The notes: generated by a model not told the origin, from the letters alone. Shown: positions 35,349 through 45,215, numbered from the stretch's first letter. The stretch is 64,000 bases of DNA from an uncultured Actinomycetes bacterium (GCA_963708365.1 CAVPSM010000011.1:141744-205743); one strand, 5' to 3'. Made by a program: numbers and translations.

Positions 35349-36224
35349 CCACGTACCGACGGTGCGTCGCGCCGGTCGTCCTACTGGCTCGACGCGACTA
35401 CCGGAAATGTGCTCGGCAAGCCCGCGTAGTGGGAGGTGCAGACGCCTCCGCGACGCTGACTGCTGCCGATGACTCGATTTCGCGCTCTAGTCGCCCCAGC
35501 GCAGCTTCTCGTCACCCGGGGGTCACGCTCGTAGCGCCGCCTCCCGCCCCCACGCCCCCACGCAAGGGTGGAGGCGCGACGATCCGGCAGATCGCCCTAG
35601 GCTGGTCTATTCACCGCGTCTTCACCGACTGGCCCTGCGGGACTCATCCCAAGCGGGCGTCGCATCGTCGTACGAGTTGCTGGCTGGCCTCAGCAAGGGT
35701 GCCGCTCCAGCCTGCTGGCAGAGACGCTGGCGGCCGGCGAAGCGCGCCGGTGGGTGCTCGACCGGCGGCTGCGCGGTGAGGAGGTCACGGTCGTGTGTTC
35801 TCGCGAGAGGTCACCGCCCGGATGGACGAGATGCCGGGCGACGAGCTGGCGACGCGGCTCACCGGCTCGTCGGCGACGTCTTGGAGGTGCTGGAGCTCCG
35901 CAGAAAGCTCACCGCGGTCCCCGAACAGCAGGAGGTAGTCGAGCGGTTCGAGTGCGCGCGTTCGCCCCTGGCTCGCGAAGGCTAGGCGCGATGTCGCCAC
36001 ACAGGGGGTCGCGTCGTGCGTCGGCCTGGATCTCCGGCGGAAGTCGCTCGAAGGCGCCACCCACCCCACGGGAGGAGCGACCGTGCCAGTGCCACTGAAC
36101 GTCCGAATCAACGGCGTTCTGGCCGCAGCGAAAATGGCCTATACAGCACGCGCGGCGGCATTCTAGGATGCGCCGCTCCTCCTCTCTCCGCCTGGGGCGC
36201 CCGGACGACGACCGCGGTCTCCAG

Positions 36225-37712
36225 TTAGAACGCCGGCGGGTGCCGGAGCGCCCAGGGCCGCAGCCGCTCCAGGAACGCCTGCCGGGCCGGGTCGCGCCGC
36301 GCATCGACCGCCCGGGCGGCCGCGGCGACCTCCGCGGCGAGCGCGCCCATGTCGACATGGACGGGCGCGCCGTCGCGCACCAGCACCCGGCCGCCGACCA
36401 CGACCTCGCGCACATGCCCGCGGCCGGCGCGCGCGACCACCAGATCCTCGTACGCCAGGCGCGGTGACGCGAAGACGCCGCGGACGGCGGCCAGGTCCAG
36501 CACGACCGCGTCCGCGAGGTAGCCCGGCTCGAGCCGGCCCACCGATCCCTCCAGGCCCGCGATGCGGGCGCCGCCCTCCCACGCGAGCCGCAGGACGTCG
36601 CGCGCGCCGAGCAGCGGCTCGGGGCCGTCCCAGATCCGCTGGGCGACGTGCGCCATCCGCACCTCGGCCAGCATGTCCTCGTCGTCGTCGACCGCCATGT
36701 CGTCGGAGCCGAGACCGACGGTGACGCCCCTCGCCACCAGCCGCCGCACCGGCGCGACCCCGCAGGCCAGGCGCAGGTTCGACGAGCAGTTGTGCGCCAC
36801 CATCGCCCGCCGCTCGGCGAGCAGGTCGATGTCGGCGTCGCGCAGATACACGCCGTGGGCGATCGTCGTGCCCTCGCCGAGCACGCCGCGCTCGGCCAGG
36901 TGGTGGAGCTCACGCCCGCCGTGCGCCGCGTCGCCCCAGTCGCGCTGCCGACGGCTCTCGAGCGCGTGCATGTGGATCTGAAGCCCGAGGTCGGACGCCG
37001 CGGCCCCGATCGCATCGAGCAGGTCGTCGGAGGCCCACTGGGGCGCCGCGATCGAGAGCTGGACGCCGATCAGCGGGTCGCCGTCGAGCCGCCGGGCGAG
37101 CTCCGTGATGGCCTCGATGTAGATCGCGTTCGAGATCGGCGTGCCGGTCAGCCGCCGCACCTCGCCCGCCAGGTCGCCGGGCAGCGCCCCCGCGAAGCGG
37201 TCGTCGTCGTCGTACGTGAACGTGGCCCGGTCGCGCCAGTACGGCGCGAACGCGGTCCGCAGGCCCGCCACCCGGTGGGCACGCACCGAGTGCTCGAGCT
37301 CGTCCAGATACGCCTCCGAGCCCTCGTAGCCGCCCTTTGCCGGAAAGTGGCTGTGCACGTGCGTCGTGACGCCGCTCGTCAGCATCAGCATCGACTTGTA
37401 GAGCGTCGTCAGGTACGGCTCAACCGTGGGCAGCGAGTGCATGAGCGCCATCCAGGGCTCGAACGGCTCGTCCGGGAACCCCAGCTGGGCCGTCGAGACG
37501 CCCTCGGCGTGCTGGTGGGCGTTCACGAGGCCGGGCATCACGAGGCGGTCAGCGCCGCCGGCGCGCTCGGCGTCCGGGTGGCTTCGGCGGAGCTCGTCCG
37601 CCGGCCCCAGCTCGGCGACTCGGCCCTCTCGCACCAGCACCGCCGCGGACTCGAGCCAGTCGGCGCCGGCCGCGGGCAGCACGGCTGCGCCCTCGATCAG
37701 GAGCTCGTCCAC
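36225..37712 (-). CDS. amidohydrolase-family protein (deaminase/chlorohydrolase type)
   Basis: ORF 36225..37826. The HxH motif is GLVNAHQHAEG. Also present: HMHALES and GLGSDDMAVDDDED. The start is uncertain: GTG 37712 (VDELLIEGAAV) or GTG 37826. Confidence 0.8.
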   Translation of the reverse strand: MDELLIEGAAVLPAAGADWLESAAVLVREGRVAELGPADELRRSHPDAERAGGADRLVMPGLVNAHQHAEGVSTAQLGFPDEPFEPWMALMHSLPTVEPYLTTLYKSMLMLTSGVTTHVHSHFPAKGGYEGSEAYLDELEHSVRAHRVAGLRTAFAPYWRDRATFTYDDDDRFAGALPGDLAGEVRRLTGTPISNAIYIEAITELARRLDGDPLIGVQLSIAAPQWASDDLLDAIGAAASDLGLQIHMHALESRRQRDWGDAAHGGRELHHLAERGVLGEGTTIAHGVYLRDADIDLLAERRAMVAHNCSSNLRLACGVAPVRRLVARGVTVGLGSDDMAVDDDEDMLAEVRMAHVAQRIWDGPEPLLGARDVLRLAWEGGARIAGLEGSVGRLEPGYLADAVVLDLAAVRGVFASPRLAYEDLVVARAGRGHVREVVVGGRVLVRDGAPVHVDMGALAAEVAAAARAVDARRDPARQAFLERLRPWALRHPPAF

Positions 37713-37875
37713 CGCGCCAGTATCGCTCGCCCCGGCCGCTCGCGGCCGACCAACCAGCCCCGGCCGGGTTCCGCGTGAGGTCGCCGCCGGAAGACGGCGA
37801 CCTCGCCACGCGCGATCATCACTCACCCCTCCTTGGGTCGAGTGCCGAGTTTATGATCGCCGTTGTGATCAGACG

Positions 37876-39253
37876 GTGAACCAGACCATCGCGCACCGGT
37901 TGTGGGCTGCTGCGGCACTCGTGATCGCGATCGCCACGATCAGCTTTGCGATCGATGTCACGCTCTCGAGGATTCCCAAGGGTTTCACGGTCGTCGCATG
38001 CGTGGTTCTGGCCGTCATCGTGGCCGCCTACGGCCTCATGCGGAGAGGCCCGACGCGCATCGTCGCGCTGGCGGCTGCCGTGCTCTTGCTCGCCGGTTCG
38101 ATCGTCCTTGTGTTCGTCGAACACGACCCGACCGACGACGTCCTGGTCGCGGTCGGCGTCGTGGCCGTGCTCGCCGCCGCGCGCCGTGCGTTTCGGGTTC
38201 GCTTCGAGTGGCCGCGCGCCCGGCGTCCCGAACGTCCAGTCCTGTTCTTCAACCCCCTGTCGGGAGGGGGTAAGGCCGCGCGCTTCGACCTGGCGGGACA
38301 GGCGCTCCGGCGAGGCATCGAGCCGATCGAGCTCCGGCGCGGAGACGACCTCGAGCAGCTCGTGCGGGATGCGGTGAGCCGGGGCGCCGACGCGCTCGCG
38401 ATGGCTGGAGGGGACGGGTCGCAGGCGATCGTGGCGATGGTGGCGGCGGAGCTGGATCTTCCATACGCGTGCATCCCGTCCGGCACGCGGAACCATTTCG
38501 CGCTCGATCTCGGCGTCGATCGCGACGACGTCGTGGGTGCGCTGGACGCGTTCGTGGACGGCCGGGAGCGGCGGGTCGATCTCGCCGAAGTCAACGATCG
38601 CGTGTTCGTGAACAACGTCTCGCTGGGGCTCTACGCGGACGCGGTCGAGCGTCCGGGGTACCGAGAGGCGAAGCTCCGGACGCTGTTAGACACCATTCCC
38701 GAGGCGCTCGGCCCGAGCGCTGCCGCTCCGAGCCTCTTCTGGGACGGTGATGCGGGGGCGCAGTCGGCCGTGGCAGTCCTCGTGTCGAACAATCCCTATC
38801 GCCTCGGCCGGGCGATCGGTTCGGGCACCCGGCCCCGGCTCAACGGTGGACTGCTCGGCATCGCGGCGCTCGCACCGACCCGACACGCGGGCGACGGCGG
38901 AGTGCGCCACAGGCTGGGGATGCGTCAGTGGACAGATGTCGCCTTCGAGATGCAGGCGGATCAGCGCGTGCCGGCCGGGATCGACGGAGAAGCCGTCGAG
39001 CTGGAGCCGCCACTTCGGTTCCGTAGCCGCTGCGGCGCGCTGCGGGTGCGAATCGCGCCGACCCACCCTGGTGTCTCGCCGTCGGCGCTCGAGCCGGACA
39101 AGCCGTGGGGGCTCCTCCAGGCGCTGGCCCACGTCGCCTTCCGCGGCGCTTGCCAGAGAGCCGGCGGGCCGAAGCCGCCGAGCCGGCCGGCGACCATGCG
39201 GGCACCCCCACCGAACAGCCGGATCAGCGCCCATCCTGATCGGGTGTCGATGA
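37876..39253 (+). CDS. diacylglycerol/lipid-kinase catalytic-domain protein with N-terminal TM segments; 3-prime end ambiguous
   Basis: GTG at codon 151 of ORF 37426..40179. DAGK_cat motifs are VLFFNPLSGGGKA, AMAGGDGSQAIV and GTRNHFALDLG. No in-frame stop exists. In the +1 frame a TGA at 39251-39253 overlaps the next ATG (ATGA). Confidence 0.65.
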
Positions 39254-40179
39254 GCGAGGAACCTCGGCAGGCAAGATCAGCCGACTCCGGGTCTGAACGG
39301 GGAGCGTCGGGGTCAACGCGCGGAGTGTCCGCGATGTCTGCGCGCGGTACGGCGGTCGCCGATCGTGCGCGGCACTGGGTGGCGCGTCAGGACGCCACGA
39401 CACGCCCGGGCGTCGTGTTCGAGTGGTGGCGTCGATACCGCAGCATCGATGGCCCGCTCCAGTCGCTCCTCTTGACGTCGTACGTCTTTCTCGCGGTTCT
39501 GCCGGCGACCCTCGTCCTCGTGGAGTATGTGCAGCGCAACCCGGCCGCCCTGGCCAACGAGTTGGTGCACGGATACGGACTGACGGGCTCTGCGGCGGGT
39601 CTGCTGCGTGGCGTGCTCGTCGGGGATAGACGGCACGAGTTCGGATCGGCGCTGTTGGCGATCGCCACGGCGCTCTTCTTCGGACTCGGCTTTGGCCGCG
39701 TCCTGCAACTCGTCCACGCGCGGGCATGGCAGATCGAGGTTGAGCCGAAACCCATGGATCAACTGCGCTACGCAGCAGTCCTCGTCGTCCTGTTCGGGCT
39801 CCTCCTGCTCGTGCTTCTGGAGGAGAAACTCTTCTCAGGGTGGTCGGCGTGGCTCGATGCCGCCTTCGTGCCCGGTTGGATCGCGCTGCTCGTCGGCTAC
39901 TTCGTATGGGCGCCGCGAATGCTCACCCACAAGCGACTGCCGGGCCGGGATCTCCTCCCCGGCGCCGTCCTCACCGCATTCGGACTGGTGGCGCTGATGT
40001 TCCTCTCGAGCGTCGCCATGGCGAGCTGGGTCGACCTCTACGCCGCCGATTTCGCCGGTCTCGGCGTCGTCATGGCGCTGTTCTTCTGGCTTGCACTGAG
40101 CTCCACCGTGATCGTCGCCGCCGCCAGCCTCTCACCGTCTCTCGCCGAGCGCCGCGAAAGTTTGCGACCCCGTTCGTGA
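39250..40179 (+). CDS. YihY/BrkB-family membrane protein
   Basis: ATG 39250 lies in the same frame as the kinase. The sequence reads WWRRYRSIDGPLQSLLLTSYVFLAVLPATLVL and continues with about 6 TM segments to the stop at 40179. Confidence 0.7.
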   Translation: MSEEPRQARSADSGSERGASGSTRGVSAMSARGTAVADRARHWVARQDATTRPGVVFEWWRRYRSIDGPLQSLLLTSYVFLAVLPATLVLVEYVQRNPAALANELVHGYGLTGSAAGLLRGVLVGDRRHEFGSALLAIATALFFGLGFGRVLQLVHARAWQIEVEPKPMDQLRYAAVLVVLFGLLLLVLLEEKLFSGWSAWLDAAFVPGWIALLVGYFVWAPRMLTHKRLPGRDLLPGAVLTAFGLVALMFLSSVAMASWVDLYAADFAGLGVVMALFFWLALSSTVIVAAASLSPSLAERRESLRPRS

Positions 40180-40333
40180 TCGTTCGCCTGACCGTAGCCA
40201 CCTCGCGAGCATCCCCCGGAACGGACGACGCCGCTGCCCCGTCCGCCCACGACCCTACCGGGCGACATCCGGGTCGCGGGGCCGGCGTTCGCACACGGTC
40301 TCGTGACGTCGACCGACAGACGTAGGAGGGCAC

Positions 40334-40486
40334 ATGTGGTGGGGACTTGGACTCTTGTATGTGGCCCTGATGATCTCGCTCGGCGTGATGACGTTGCGAA
40401 ATCACCACGGCTGGCTGTTCTTCTTCGGAATCTTCTTCCCGATCCTGTGGATCGTCGGCGCCATCATGCGTCCCGCTCACGCCTGA
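40334..40486 (+). CDS. small (50 aa) two-TM membrane protein, absent from the ORF track
   Basis: My own translation gives MWWGLGLLYVALMISLGVMTLRNHHGWLFFFGIFFPILWIVGAIMRPAHA. An AGGAGGG SD lies 3 nt upstream. GC is locally low. Confidence 0.5.
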   Translation: MWWGLGLLYVALMISLGVMTLRNHHGWLFFFGIFFPILWIVGAIMRPAHA

Positions 40487-40526
40487 CCCTGCGCTGCTCC
40501 GCCCGCGGCGACGGCGGTGGCACGCA

Positions 40527-41231
40527 GTGAGTCTTGGGCGCTGGGCTGAGGCCGGGGAACGGCGCGCCGTGGTGTCGGACGTCACGGCGCGTGCGGGCAG
40601 CGGCGTGGTCTCACTCGAGGTGCGGTGGATGCATCCGGGGCGAGTTCCGGCGGCACTGGCCGAGCGGCTGGAGCCCTTCGGCGAGGGGACGGAGCTGCGG
40701 GAGGACAGCTACCTGACGGATCCGGCGCTGCCCGATGTCAGCGTGAAGATTCGCGGGGGCGTCCAGCTCGACGTGAAGGCGTTCCGTCACAGCCCCGGCC
40801 TCCTGTCGCTTCCCGGCGGGACCCGCGGTCGACTGGAGATGTGGGAGAAATGGAGCTTCCCGCTCGACGACGCTGCCCAGCCGCCGCTGGAAGGTGCATC
40901 GTGGACGCGGGTGCACAAAGCCCGTCGGCGACGCTGGTTCGCCGTGGTGGACGGCATCCTCGTCGAACGCTCGTCGGGGGACGCGGCCTCGCACGGATGT
41001 TCGCTCGAGCTCACCGAGGCCGACATCGACGGCGAGATGTGGTGGACGCTCGGGCTGGAGGCCGTCGGCCCCCTCGAGAGCCTGCACCGCGATCTCCAAG
41101 CCACCGCCATGACGCTGATCGACGATCGGCTCTCCATCCGGTTCGGTCTGCGCTCACGCGCGTCGATGTCCTACCAGCAGCAGCTCAGAACCCGGCTCAC
41201 GACGCCAGGTCGAACGCCGCCTTCAGAATGA
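40527..41231 (+). CDS. hypothetical protein
   Basis: ORF-track 234 aa with plausible composition (LEVRWMHPGRVP...VKIRGGVQLDVKAF...). I recognise no family. The start is uncertain. Confidence 0.5.
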   Translation: MSLGRWAEAGERRAVVSDVTARAGSGVVSLEVRWMHPGRVPAALAERLEPFGEGTELREDSYLTDPALPDVSVKIRGGVQLDVKAFRHSPGLLSLPGGTRGRLEMWEKWSFPLDDAAQPPLEGASWTRVHKARRRRWFAVVDGILVERSSGDAASHGCSLELTEADIDGEMWWTLGLEAVGPLESLHRDLQATAMTLIDDRLSIRFGLRSRASMSYQQQLRTRLTTPGRTPPSE

Positions 41232-41862
41232 TCGCGATACCGAGCACGCCGAGCACCGCGACGCTGAGCGTCCGCGAGTGGGTGGTCAACCAGCCGCGGA
41301 ACCGGACAAGCGCGGTTGCTGCGCGCTGCGGGGCGATGACGGCGAAGACGATCGGCGCGGCAATCGTCACGATCGAGGTCGCAGCGAAGATCGCCAACGC
41401 AGCGATCTTGCCGAGGGTGCTGACGTGAGCCTTGAGGATCTCGAGCGCCGCCACGATCGTGACCGAGTAGGTGAGCATGAACGCGCCGGCGGCCAGGGCG
41501 ATCGCCCAATGACGCCCCACCAGTCGTGTCAGCCACACCGGGATCGGATCCTTCGGCGTCTCGGGTGGCCGGCGACGGTGGAGCACAACGGCCCCAACCG
41601 TCAAGGCCACCCCGGTCAGGAGCTCAGCGATCGAGGCGACCCGCGACGGTGTCGTCTGTGACCGCTGGAAGTCAAACGCCGGGAACGCGACGAGCACGAC
41701 GCCGATCAGGGCGATCGTCCCCAACCACCCGACCACGAACGCGAGTGACCGCCGGACGCCCGATGGCAGATCCAACAACACCAGCACGGCCAGAACCGAT
41801 GTCGGGCTCGAGAACGCGACCGCCAATCCCAGCAGCGCCACAGCCACGATGAGCGTGTCCAT
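41197..41862 (-). CDS. GAP-family-like integral membrane protein
   Basis: ORF-track 221 aa with about 6 TM segments. It overlaps the convergent gene by 35 nt. Confidence 0.7.
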   Translation of the reverse strand: MDTLIVAVALLGLAVAFSSPTSVLAVLVLLDLPSGVRRSLAFVVGWLGTIALIGVVLVAFPAFDFQRSQTTPSRVASIAELLTGVALTVGAVVLHRRRPPETPKDPIPVWLTRLVGRHWAIALAAGAFMLTYSVTIVAALEILKAHVSTLGKIAALAIFAATSIVTIAAPIVFAVIAPQRAATALVRFRGWLTTHSRTLSVAVLGVLGIAIILKAAFDLAS

Positions 41863-41988
41863 CCAACCCCCAACCGCGCCGGCGACGCGAGCCTCGTCCG
41901 CCTACCCCCGTCCCGGCATTCTCCCACGCCGAACGACGTGTGGCCTCATATGGTGTCGCCTTCCAGGCAGACGCTCTGTCGCCCCGCC

Positions 41989-42655
41989 ATGAACGACCAT
42001 CCGGACGCGTTCGCCGCGGCCGAGCGGCAGGTCGCAGCCGTCCGCGAAGCGAGGCAGTGGGCTTGCTGGGCGGTCTCGCCGGCGTACCGTCTTCGCCGGC
42101 CGTGCGGCTGTGGCTGGAGTTCGGCGCGGGACCTACCGGGCGCACCTGGTACCGGGCCCACAACGCGAGCATCGTGGGCGGTTACCTCGCGCACCGGGAC
42201 ATCGCAGAGGCAGAGAGCGCAGCCGAGCGCTTCTTCATGAACGTCGCGCTTGCGCGCGTCCTTTACGCGCACGTCCTCGTCGCAGCTCCGAGGCTTGCCT
42301 GGGACGGTTGTCTCCGCTCGGATGGCCCCTGGGCGACCCCCGTCTGGGAGTGGCCGGAGTCTTCCTCTCGCTCAGCCGTGTGGTGCCGGACCGGTATCCG
42401 CTCGAGTTCGATGTGGAGAGTTACATCGCCGATGAGCAGCGCCTTGGCCAGCTGCTCGACTACGCAGTGATTGGGCCACGGCTGCAGCGCCTGTACGAGT
42501 GGTCGGCCGAAGACCTTCGCGAGCCGCGCCTGCTCGAGCTGATCTGCGACGGCAACCCGATCTACGCCTGGCCGTTCGAGCAGCGACACGTATGGCGCAG
42601 GCCGCGCATGCCATTCGCGGCGCGGGTGCTCGGACACGTGACACGAACGCGTTGA
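41989..42655 (+). pseudogene. hypothetical protein interrupted by two frameshifts
   Basis: The sensible sequence jumps frame twice: MNDHPDAFAAAERQVAAVREA, then AVGLLGGLAGV...HVLVAAPRLA, then LGRLSPLGWPLGDPRLGVAG...YAWPFEQRHVW. The junctions are near 42050 and 42298, and each fits a one-base loss in a G or C run. Confidence 0.5.
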
Positions 42656-42695
42656 CAGGCGCTCGAGCGCAGGCCGACGACCACGCCGTCGGGCG

Positions 42696-43479
42696 CTACG
42701 GTGTTTCGTGGACCGTATCGGAGCGGAAGACGGGCCACGCGATCTCGGTGTCCCAGCTGTCGCGAACATCGGTGTCGAGGAAGCCGCACAGATAGCTCTC
42801 GCGCAGCGGCCCGTCGACGCCGATCTCGTGCTTCAGGACGTAGCCTCCGAGGTCGCCGTAGGTGAGATCGACGTTGGCCAGGGATCCGTGGTGGTGCATG
42901 ACCGCGATCTCGGCGGCAGGGATCACCACCGCCGCGACACGGCCCACGGTGCGGGCCGCTCCGTCGATCGGGACGAAGACGGTGGCAGCGCCGCGGTCGT
43001 GCTCGAAGATCGCGGTTTCGTAGAGCCCGCCGGGAGGCCCGGCCTGCCGTAGCCTGTGGGCGGTGACGACGGCGCGAAGCTCTCCGAGCGCGCCCTGCCA
43101 CCAGGCCGAGGACGTCTTCGCGGTCGACGACGTCGTGGATCGCAGGCGCCGGGGTCGGCGCGACGGTGCGGTGTTCGACGGGCTCCGTGATCTGCGTGCG
43201 TCCGAGCAGATCCTGCAGCTCCCCGACGGCCGCCTGTGTCTCGGCGAGCTGGGTCTCCAGCCGGGCGAGGTGCTCGAGGATCAGCCGGTGCCGCGCGTCG
43301 GGATCGGGTGCTGCGAGGACGGCCTTCACCTCGCCGACCGGCATGTCGAGATTTCGGAGCCTGCGGATCACCTGCGCGGCGGGGATGCCAGGGGTTGTGC
43401 CGCACGGGATCCAGTATTCCACCCACGGCCGGCCCTCTCCCTCGCCGCGCCCGCGGCCATGCCGCTGGAGTGCCGGCAT
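42696..43479 (-). pseudogene. MerR-type regulator with a GyrI-like effector domain; frameshifted, N-terminal HTH not recognisable
   Basis: The dimerisation helix is AAQVIRRLRNLDMPVGEVKAVL...LARLETQLAETQAAVGELQDLL. The GyrI-like part AWWQGALGELRAVVTAHRL...VMHHHGSLANVDLTYGDL lies in another frame. The junction is at CTCGGCC (43105-43108). Confidence 0.55.
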
Positions 43480-43530
43480 GGCCCGCAGGCGCGAGCGAGG
43501 GTCCCGGCCCGACGCAGCCGGAGACGGTTC

Positions 43531-44013
43531 CTACGCTACGAGCAGCGTCCGCAGGTAGTCCGCCACGTTGTCGAAGCCCGCTTCGATGCCGTCGTACTTG
43601 GTCATGTGATCACGGCCGGCCTGGTCGCTGAACGCCAGCGTCCACACCAGCGTCGTCACCCCGTCGGTCTCGCGCAGATCCATCGACTCGACGGCCTCCG
43701 TATCGGGCCACCCCTCGAACCGCCATGTCTGGACCGACCGGGTCGGCGGCTCGATCTCGAGGTACGTGCCGCGAAACGAGCACTCCACCCCGTCGTCCGT
43801 GACGAACACGAAGTGGTAGCTCCCGCCCACGCGCAGGTCGATCGAGCAGGCCGTGACCTGCTCGCCGAATGGCGCGATGGTCTTCCGCACATGCTCCGGC
43901 TTCGTGAAGACGTCGAAGACCAGCTGGATCGGGGCTTCGAACGCTCGCGTAACGCGGACTTCGAGATCGCTCGGGAACTCGACCACCGTCGATCCGTGCT
44001 CAGCGTGTGTCAC
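43531..44013 (-). CDS. SRPBCC (AHSA1/START-like) domain protein
   Basis: ORF-track 160 aa, intact. The start overlaps the ArsR stop, which is the usual ArsR-SRPBCC pairing. Confidence 0.85.
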   Translation of the reverse strand: MTHAEHGSTVVEFPSDLEVRVTRAFEAPIQLVFDVFTKPEHVRKTIAPFGEQVTACSIDLRVGGSYHFVFVTDDGVECSFRGTYLEIEPPTRSVQTWRFEGWPDTEAVESMDLRETDGVTTLVWTLAFSDQAGRDHMTKYDGIEAGFDNVADYLRTLLVA

Positions 44014-44354
44014 TGCGTCCCTCCTTCGTGTTGTTGGAGCTTCCTGAGGTAGTCGTCCACCCGATCAAGCCGCTCGTTCATGGCCCGCTCGTACTTGGCG
44101 AGCCAGTCGTGAAACGGCCGCAGGTGTGCGGGCTCCAGTCGGTACAGCCGACGGCGCCCCTCCGCCCGGCTTCTCACGAGGCCGACCTCGCTCAGCACCC
44201 GCAGGTGCTTCGAGACCTGGGGCTGGGACATCGACAGGTCGTGCACGATCGCCCCGACAGGCTTCTCGCCGGGGATCAGCGCGTCCAGGATCTCGCGGCG
44301 GTTGGCATCGCCGATGGCGTTGAAGACATCCGCGGTCGTCGCTGAGCGGGCCAT
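44010..44354 (-). CDS. ArsR/SmtB-family transcriptional regulator, probably leaderless
   Basis: The HTH reads NRREILDALIPGEKPVGAIVHDLSMSQPQVSKHLRVLSEVGLV. ATG 44354 lies 7 nt after a consensus -10 box. ATG 44363 would sit inside the -10. Confidence 0.85.
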   Translation of the reverse strand: MARSATTADVFNAIGDANRREILDALIPGEKPVGAIVHDLSMSQPQVSKHLRVLSEVGLVRSRAEGRRRLYRLEPAHLRPFHDWLAKYERAMNERLDRVDDYLRKLQQHEGGTQ

Positions 44355-44361
44355 GCGCGTC

Positions 44362-44389
44362 ATTATATTCCTATATCGGTATGTGTCAA
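44362..44389 (-). promoter_or_regulatory. consensus sigma-70-type promoter (TTGACA-16 nt-TATAAT) for arsR
   Basis: The minus strand reads TTGACAcataccgatataggaaTATAATgacgcgcATG. Both hexamers are perfect. Confidence 0.6.
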
Positions 44390-44421
44390 ATGGGAAGCAC
44401 GGCGAAGGCTCAACGCGGCTG

Positions 44422-45215
44422 TCAGCGGACCGGCCGCCGCTCGTAGGACACCCTCGCCCAGGCATACCCGCCGCCGCGATCGCGACGCACCAGGCGACCG
44501 CGATGACTGCGGTCTCGCCGAGCGGGCCGCCCATGAGCAGCGCGCGCACCGTGTCGATCACCGACGTGAACGGCTGGTGCTCGGCGAACTCGCGCAGCCC
44601 GGCGGGCATCGACCCGGTGGGGACGAAGCCGCTGCCGAGGAACGGCAGGAACGTCAGCGGCAGCGGCAGGTTGCTGGCCGTCTCGGGCGAGTCGGCGACC
44701 ATCCCGAGCGCGACCGCGAGCCACGTGAGCGCGAAGGCGAGCAGCGCCAGCAGGCCGGCCGCGGCCGCCCACCGGGCGGGGCCGGTCTCCGGGCGGAAGC
44801 CGGCGAGCGAGCGCGACGGCGGCGACGACGGCCATGGCGAGCATGGTCTGGATCAGGCTCCCGACGACGTGCCCGGTGAGGAGCGAGCCGCGGGAGATCG
44901 CCATCGTGCGGAACCGGTTCACGATGCCCTCGGTCATGTCGACGCTCACCGAGACGGCCGTCGAGACCGACCCGGCCGTGGCGGTCAGCACGAGCACGCC
45001 CGGGGCCAGGAAGTCGATGTAGCGGCCGCCGTCGTGGGTCGACGCCGCGGAGGCCGGCGCCGAGCGTCCCGCCGAACACGTAGTCGAACAGGAGCAGGAA
45101 GATGACCGGCAGCGCGACCGTCGAGATCGTCATCGACGGGTAGCGCAGCGCGTGGCGCAGGTTGCGCCGCAGCATCGTTGCCGAGTCGGTGGCTGCGTAG
45201 GAGAGGCGTGCTCAT
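44422..45215 (-). pseudogene. ABC-2-type permease with at least 4 frame disruptions
   Basis: The sensible sequence jumps between three frames: MSTPL, then MLRRNLRHALRYPSMTISTVALPVIFLLLFDYVFGGTLGAGL, then VLTATAGSVSTAVSVSVDMTEGIVNRFRTMAISRGSLLTGHV, then MVADSPETASNLPLPLTFLPFLGSGFVP...AWCVAIAAAG, then YAWARVSYERRPVR. Confidence 0.7.

Noticed and set aside
37426-37875. First 150 codons of the 917-aa ORF 37426-40179
   Set aside because: This part is antisense to the amidohydrolase gene and reads as low-complexity Ser/Ala/Arg sequence. The believable protein starts at GTG 37876.
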